The notes below the pieces were generated by a model. The model was not told the origin of the DNA and did no database searches. It saw nothing but the letters and a program-made list of their open reading frames with translations. The translations under genes and the position numbers were made by a program. Of a stretch of 64,000 nucleotides of DNA, positions 57,680-64,000 are shown in pieces. Origin of the DNA: a virus; the IMG/VR virus record IMGVR_UViG_3300037400_003528, positions 64,001 to 128,000 of that record; one strand, 5' to 3'. Each line of letters opens with the position of its first letter. The first letter of the stretch is position 1.

Positions 57680-58915
57680 TTAATTATGATATGTCATCAA
57701 AAATTCATTAGAAACAGCTTTAAAAGATTGAGTTCCATCTTCTGACCGAAATACAATACCTTCACGCATATCTTCGTCAATTTGAGATTTATCAGTAGCA
57801 TAATCAAGCAATTCTTCAACAGTATCAGGGAGAATGAATTTACTATTTACAATAGGGACACAAGGAATATTGTAATAATCTTCAAGCAGTTCTCTCATTT
57901 TAAGAGTATTAAATCTTCCTTTGTCAGAAGTAATAAGATTAAATGCCATAAAATCATGACCAGTTAGATGATAATCTCTTTTTTGTACTCCTGCTCCATA
58001 AGTTTCACCCTGGATAGTAATCCATTCTGCGGCCGGAAATAACGATAGCATTTCAATAAGAGCATGTTCAATATGATACTTTTCCGCCATTTCTGTATAA
58101 ATATTAGTTTCATAAAAACATGTTTTATCAGGCTTATCAAAGCAGACATTACGAGAACAAACATAAAATTCATTTTTATGAGGCCACTTTCCACGTTTGA
58201 TAGTAAAAGTAGTTGAAGAACCATCAATCTTTTCTGTTGCAATCCAAGGGTTCTTATCTTTAAGAATCCAAGGCATATTTTGGATTCTTTCTTCATCAGT
58301 TTTCTTTACCCAAGTGGGCCAGCCTGTTTTGTCTCGCTTTCTACCAAAGAAAATAAAAAGAAGTTTCTTACCCCAGTCGCGCTTCATAAGCCAGCGGAAA
58401 GGCTGCTTTGAAAACAATTTTCCATTACGCTGTGCCATTTTTTTATATTTATCTACAGAAGAGGTCTTACGTTCATTATCTTCTGCTACATAATAAGTTA
58501 CTCCAAGCTGTTTAGTAAGAAAACGAGAATCATTTCCAGCATTGTGTTCAACCCCATTAGAGTCATGAATAGAATAACCATAATTATGATTTTCAATAGT
58601 CCAATTAAGATTAGCAGCAGATATAAGTAAACCTTGACTTAATGATTTACACATCTTTTGAGTCTTTATACGATATTTCTTTTTAACAAGAAAAGTCATA
58701 TCAGTAAAAGGTTCTACTTCAGGAAGTTTTGAATCAATCTCAAAGTAAATAGCGGGGTCACCCACTTTAAATTCACCCTTACCGACAACGATAGTCCATC
58801 CGCCAACGTGCGCCAATTCAACTCTATCGTATCCTTCAATTGGAGTAATATCATCAATAGTTACGACATACGCAAGTTCTCTTTCGTTAGTTTTTGGATT
58901 AAGCAAAGTAGTCAT
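57680..58915 (-). CDS. RNA ligase (nucleotidyltransferase motif I KxDG), 411 aa
   Basis: 'WIATEKIDGSSTTFT' gives motif I. The remainder is covalent nucleotidyltransferase-like. Confidence 0.7.
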   Translation of the reverse strand: MTTLLNPKTNERELAYVVTIDDITPIEGYDRVELAHVGGWTIVVGKGEFKVGDPAIYFEIDSKLPEVEPFTDMTFLVKKKYRIKTQKMCKSLSQGLLISAANLNWTIENHNYGYSIHDSNGVEHNAGNDSRFLTKQLGVTYYVAEDNERKTSSVDKYKKMAQRNGKLFSKQPFRWLMKRDWGKKLLFIFFGRKRDKTGWPTWVKKTDEERIQNMPWILKDKNPWIATEKIDGSSTTFTIKRGKWPHKNEFYVCSRNVCFDKPDKTCFYETNIYTEMAEKYHIEHALIEMLSLFPAAEWITIQGETYGAGVQKRDYHLTGHDFMAFNLITSDKGRFNTLKMRELLEDYYNIPCVPIVNSKFILPDTVEELLDYATDKSQIDEDMREGIVFRSEDGTQSFKAVSNEFLMTYHN

Positions 58916-59069
58916 CTCCTTTCATATTTTCTTCAAAAATAATTCTTTTTATAAAAAATAGTTTTTCTTTATCATTTAAAAAATCTGCTTTTAGAATTTT
59001 TTTAATTTTATTTAATTGATATTCCATTTTGATATAAGTAGGGTCTTCATCAGGGTCAAACATTCCCAT
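58899..59069 (-). CDS. small hypothetical protein (~56 aa)
   Basis: Internal ATG with RBS 'ggaag'. Confidence 0.3.
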   Translation of the reverse strand: MGMFDPDEDPTYIKMEYQLNKIKKILKADFLNDKEKLFFIKRIIFEENMKGDDYFA

Positions 59070-59245
59070 TATTCTACTTCCTCCCAAGTGAAATCAATAC
59101 GATTAAAAATTATATCTACGGCTGCATCAAAAACAAGACGAGGAAGTTCTGCTTCTGATATATCTCCGTTAATTGTAACTATATCTACATCATCAGGAAC
59201 TCCCGCCCAAGGATAACCAATTCTAATTTTTATCTTTTTTTCCAT
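59069..59245 (-). CDS. small hypothetical protein (58 aa)
   Basis: TAATG coupling with the upstream gene. Confidence 0.35.
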   Translation of the reverse strand: MEKKIKIRIGYPWAGVPDDVDIVTINGDISEAELPRLVFDAAVDIIFNRIDFTWEEVE

Positions 59246-59508
59246 TAATCTTCTTCCTTTCCAAGGAAAATTATAAACTCTTCGAAATGTAAATTTAATA
59301 TTTCATCTTCAACATAAAAAATATCTTTTCCATATGTAGTATGATACCAATCTATAAAGATAGATAAAAGTTGACCCATTCGTAATTCAGGACATTTCAT
59401 ATGTAAAAATTTAAAATCGTCCCATAAACTCATAATTTCTATCATTCTTTTACGACAGTTTTCATCATTTTTATTATTAATAGCGTTAAGTCTTAAATTA
59501 TTTTTCAT
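59245..59508 (-). CDS. hypothetical protein (87 aa)
   Basis: Supplied ORF; first gene of the minus-strand module. Confidence 0.45.
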   Translation of the reverse strand: MKNNLRLNAINNKNDENCRKRMIEIMSLWDDFKFLHMKCPELRMGQLLSIFIDWYHTTYGKDIFYVEDEILNLHFEEFIIFLGKEED

Positions 59509-59547
59509 TTTTATTTTCTTCTTTCTTTTTTCTTTTTCATTATATAA

Positions 59548-59576
59548 ATTTTATCAAAATTTTTTAAAAAGGTCAA
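59548..59576 (-). promoter_or_regulatory. promoter TTGACC-17-TAAAAT (minus strand) with an A/T-tract spacer
   Basis: Minus-strand reading is 'ttgacctttttaaaaaattttgataaaat'. Confidence 0.5.
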
Positions 59577-59602
59577 ATATAAGAAAATGATTTTGTGTTC
59601 TT

Positions 59603-59632
59603 TTGAAAAAGAGTAAAAGAAATAAATATAAA
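59603..59632 (+). promoter_or_regulatory. candidate promoter TTGAAA-18-TATAAA (plus strand)
   Basis: A weaker match upstream of the palindrome and RBS. Confidence 0.35.
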
Positions 59633-59635
59633 GGA

Positions 59636-59655
59636 GTAGGAAATATATTTCCTAC
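59636..59655. promoter_or_regulatory. perfect 20-bp palindrome gtaggaaata|tatttcctac between the promoter and RBS (candidate operator)
   Basis: Exact dyad symmetry 16 nt upstream of ATG 59672. Confidence 0.5.
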
Positions 59656-59671
59656 AAAAAGGAGAGAAAAA

Positions 59672-62482
59672 ATGCCAGGAATAAGCAATAATTTATATCC
59701 ACCAATTTTTAAAAAATCTTATGTTCCTGCTTTTGTAGGTTCATGTGAAATATATTTTTCTATTTCTGCTTATAATAGTTAGAGTGATATAAATACACAA
59801 TGTATACAAGTTAGTGTTCAAAATCAAAAAACAAATCAATCTGTTTTAAATAAAAATAAATACCCAAGCGGAGTTATGATAACAACATTAAAAATTAATA
59901 ATGATATTAAAACAGAAAATAAATATTCTATTGTTATTTTAGGTAATGATATAGAAGGTGGATTTCAATATAATCAATATTATAAAGTACAAATACGTTT
60001 TACTGGATCTAATGTTCGTACACCGGTAATGACATCAAATTCTTATAAAATAGATCAATGGATAAATAATAATTTATCTAATTTTTCATAGTGGTCAACA
60101 GTAGTATTAATAAAAGCTATAAGTAAACCAGAAATAAAATTAAAGTATTTTGAATCAGATTCTATTGTTACTGTAACAACAAGTAATTTAACTGTATTAG
60201 GGACAGTAACTAATCATATAAAAGATTATGAACTTTTAAAAAGTTATAAGATTTTAATTTATAATACTTAGGATGTTTTATTAGAAGAAAGTGAAAATAT
60301 ATTATTTGATTCTTCTAATAAAATTGAATATAATTGTAGATACAATTTTGAATCGTAGCATTATTATAAATTGTGTGTACAAATATTAACTAAAAATTTA
60401 TATTTTATGTAGCAATTTTTTGATTTTTATGTAAGTTATTCTTTTTATGGAAATTTTGGCGGACAAATAGAAGCTACTATTAGTGAAAATATTGGATGTG
60501 CTATTATAACTATAAAAAATAATGAATTTTCTTAGTTAGGTACAAATATTGTAATTAGACGAACTTCTAATAAAGATAATTTTAAATATTGGGAAGATGT
60601 TTTTACAACATCAGTTAAACCTAATGTAATGTTAAATTTAGTATGGAGAGATTATACTATAGAAAGCGGAATATGGTATAAATATAGTGTAGTAACACGT
60701 AATAAGAATAATATTAGATCGAATCCAGTTTAGATTAAATATCCTATAATGGGAATTTTTGAAGATATATTTTTAACGACAAAAGATCAACAATTAAAAG
60801 TTCGTTTTGATCCTCAAATAAATAATTTTTCAACAGTGGTTTCAGAATCTTTAACTGAAACATTAGGCTCAAAATATCCTTTTATTAGAAGAAATGGTGC
60901 AGTAAATTATAGAACTTTTTCTTTAAGTGGAACAATAAGTTATTTTATGGACATAGGTCAAAATTTAATGCACGCTTCTTTAGAAGAAAATTATGGAGAC
61001 TATGCTTATTTATATAATGATTATAATCAAAAAAATAATATCAATATGTTTAAAGATATTACCCAGTAGAAAGTCTTTAGAGAAAAAGTATTAACTTTTT
61101 TATATGCTAATGATATAAAATTGTATAAATCTGCGACATAGGGTAATTTATTAGTTAAATTAATGAATATTAATTTAACCCCTAATAATAGTTTAGGTAG
61201 ACAAATTTATACTTTTAATTGTACTGTCTATGAAATTGATAATTTTAATTATTAGAATTGTATAAAATATGGTATTCAAGAATAGGGTGAATATGTAGAG
61301 CAAACCTCCATTACTGTAACTAAACATGGACAAATTTATATTCCACAAAGACAAATCTATGAAATGAAAACAATAGATAATGAGGAAAACAAGGTTTATC
61401 AAATAGACGAAAATCTTTTTTTTGGTACTCAAGATTTATTAACAACTAAAATTGCGGAAAAATATAAAACATTAGCGAGATATAATACTTCTATTAGTGT
61501 TCAAAATTTAACTTATTTAAAAATTTAGTTAACGAATGATCCATATCCTATAGGAATAGAAAGTGGGATTCCGCGAAGATTAGAAATAAGTACAAATAAT
61601 ACTTATTTAGGACATATCGTAATAATTAATGGATAGTATATTATTATTGGAAAAGATGGGATATATGAGTTATCAGGAGATGATATTAGTATTACTAGTT
61701 TATCTTTTGTTTACCCTAATGAACAGGGAATTATAGATTATGAGGTTTCATTAACAGAATCTATAAAGACAGAACAAGATTTTCTAAGAATTACTTCTCT
61801 TTTCAAAACAGGTCAATTATGGGGTACTTTTGCTCTGTAGAATAATTTAATTTATACATAGATAGCTAATAAATATAAATTTGAAGAAGCTAATTTAAAA
61901 TTTAGTCAAGAATTACAACGAATAAAGGGTTTATGTGTACAAGCGGAACCTGGTATGACTTTTTATATAAAATAGAATCAAGATAGTGATTATGAAAAAC
62001 ATGTATTAAATGAAACTGGCTTATTAGAATTTTATAATGATGATACTGATATAAAAGGATTATATTTTATTGGACCTAAATTAACAGAAGTCTCAGCAGA
62101 AGAGCTAAGACAAAGAGGATTAGGACCAAATGAATTTTATGATACAAATTAGGTTATTACAGTAACAGAAATAAATGCACCTCATAATAATTATGTTTAT
62201 CGTATTTCTCCAATGGGTAGAATAGATTCAGATTCTTTAGTAATAGGAGAAGAAGAAATAGATAATTTACCAGAAAATCCTTCTTTTTTATTATGGGATG
62301 TTATGAATACTGTTGGTGAAGATTTAAATTATAGTACGTTAGGACTTTTTTATAGTTCTTTTGGTAAATATATTTATTATCAAGGAACTTGGTATCCTTT
62401 TACAAATAATAATGAAGTAATTATTCCTAATGTAGAAGCTATTGTAGATTATTATTGTGAAATTTTAAGAAAGGAGTATTAA
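59672..62482 (+). CDS. large virion structural protein, hypothetical (936 aa, ~20 TAG)
   Basis: RBS 'aaaaaggagag' precedes the start. All lines 59672-62482 were read in triplets with only TAG interruptions. The frame links ORFs 59876.., 60749.. and 62213.. Confidence 0.65.
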
Positions 62483-64000
62483 TGGTAGGTGAAAAGGAAT
62501 ATTTAAATGATGCTACTTTTTTAAAATACGTTGCTGGATTACATATAAAAAATTATTTAGTTAAAATAACAGTATTAGATTGGGAATAGAATTAGATAAA
62601 AGATATTCATGGTAAAGTTTTAACAGCTTCTATTAATATAGATGGAAATAGTATTATTAGAAGAAGTGCTACTTTAAGTGTATATATTGATGACACTAAT
62701 AATGATATAACTAGTGCTTAGAATATTTTATCTATAAATAAAAAAATTAATTTATAGATTGGCTTTTTAAATAATACTGAATATTATTCAGATTATTCTA
62801 TATTATGGTTTCCATTAGGAATTTATGTTATATTAGGTAATTCTATTTCTTATTCAGAAAGTGGATTAACAGCTTCTCTTCAATTAAAAGATAAGATGTG
62901 TTTATTAAATGGTGAATGCGGCGGGACTTTACCTGCCGCTACTGTTTTTGATAATTATATAACAGTAGATGAAAATGGTGATGAAATTGTTGAACGTCCT
63001 ACTATTTATATGATTATTCAAGAATTAGTAAATCATTTTGGGGGATAGCAATTAGGTAAAATAATTATTTCTGATTTAGATACAAGAGTAAAACAAGTAG
63101 TAAAATGGACAGGAACTTCTCCTTTATTTCTTTATAAAAATGGTAATCAATTTCAATATTCTATGTAGCAAAATAATGGAAATGTATATAAAAATTGGCC
63201 TAAAGAAATGTTTTAGTACGGAGAGGATGTAGGTTTTATTTATACTGATTTTACTTTTCCTGGAGATTTAATAGGTGATGCAGGAAATACTGTTACTGAT
63301 ATATTAGATCAAATTACAGAAGTATTAGGAAATTATGAATATTTTTATGATATAAATGGAAATTTTGTTTTTCAATAGATTAAAAATTATTTAAATAATG
63401 CTCAATCAAAATATATTTTAGATATTTTAAATAATAAGAAAAATAATAATAAAAATACTTTAGTTCCTGATTATATAAAAAATTTAGAAGGAAATAATGA
63501 TTTAAATGCTTATTTAATAGATATTAATAATGGAACTTCTGCCTTTGAGTTTAATGATAGTTTTTTAGTATCTAGTTATTCTAATACTCCTCAATATTCT
63601 GCTATTAAAAATGATTTTGTAGTATGGGGAGTAAGAACTACAACTTAGGGCACTGAAATACCTATACGATATCATTTAGCAATAGATGAAAAACCCTTAC
63701 CTGGAAATACTTATTAGATTTTTTAGTATAAAGACCCATTAGACGGATCTGATAGATGGTATTATCCAATAGCAATAGATTCAATAGAAAGTTTACCAGA
63801 AAAGGGAACAGAAGATGTTTGTTATAAAATAGAAAATAATGTATATGTATGGGATGTAGATGAACAAAAATGGATTAACACAGAAAGTTCACCAACAATA
63901 ATAACAACAGTAGATTGGCGGACATAGTTATTTTGTCAAGGGCTCGTTGCAAATACACTGGGTACAGATTCTAATTATTATTTTGCAGAATTACATAATG
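62482..64000 (+). CDS. structural protein, hypothetical (partial, >=506 aa, many TAG); continues beyond the window
   Basis: TAATG coupling with the upstream gene. The frame is open to the window end with only TAG interruptions. Confidence 0.6.

Noticed and set aside
22843-59508. Treating TAG-interrupted frames as pseudogenes or fragmented genes under the standard code
   Set aside because: The interruptions are exclusively TAG, never TAA/TGA. They occur in about 40 genes whose flanking pieces share one frame and one protein family. Pseudogenisation would not be this codon-specific.
1-64000. TGA reassignment (code 4/25-like)
   Set aside because: TGA is used as a terminator of otherwise well-delimited genes (3074-3076, 3726-3728, 34982-34984, 45396-45398). 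No frame reads through TGA.

Overview
This AT-rich 64 kb window looks like part of a large tailed-phage genome. The dominant observation is that dozens of clearly coding frames on both strands run straight through in-frame TAG codons and end only at TAA or TGA. That implies amber reassignment, most likely TAG->Gln as in translation table 15; no suppressor tRNA is visible in this window. Read that way, 1-22.8 kb (+) is a tail module: a LAGLIDADG homing endonuclease, a major tail protein, chaperones, a 2921-aa tape measure protein, a 1502-aa fused distal-tail/tail-tip protein, and a tail fiber with a C-terminal intramolecular-chaperone domain. 22.8-59.5 kb (-) is a replication and nucleotide-metabolism module: RuvC-like resolvase, dUTPase, anaerobic RNR NrdD/NrdG plus NrdH redoxin, dNMP/guanylate kinase, a DnaE-type PolIII alpha, Dda-like helicase, DHH/RecJ-like phosphoesterase, primase, DnaB-like helicase, Sak4-like ATPase, NAD-ligase, and a T4-like type II topoisomerase whose A-subunit gene is split by an apparent group I intron carrying a second LAGLIDADG endonuclease. 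It also holds two GIY-YIG nucleases, a Zn-ribbon/Vsr-like endonuclease, a GH25+CHAP+SH3 endolysin and holin, and an RNA-repair trio (RNA ligase, polynucleotide kinase, calcineurin-type phosphoesterase). 59.7-64 kb (+) starts a new TAG-rich structural operon. The core replisome genes contain no TAG, while nucleotide-metabolism, recombination, nuclease, lysis and structural genes are TAG-rich. Several near-consensus sigma70 promoters share an A5T5 spacer core, and several rho-independent terminators are visible. All functional calls come from motifs read by eye and are not database-verified.
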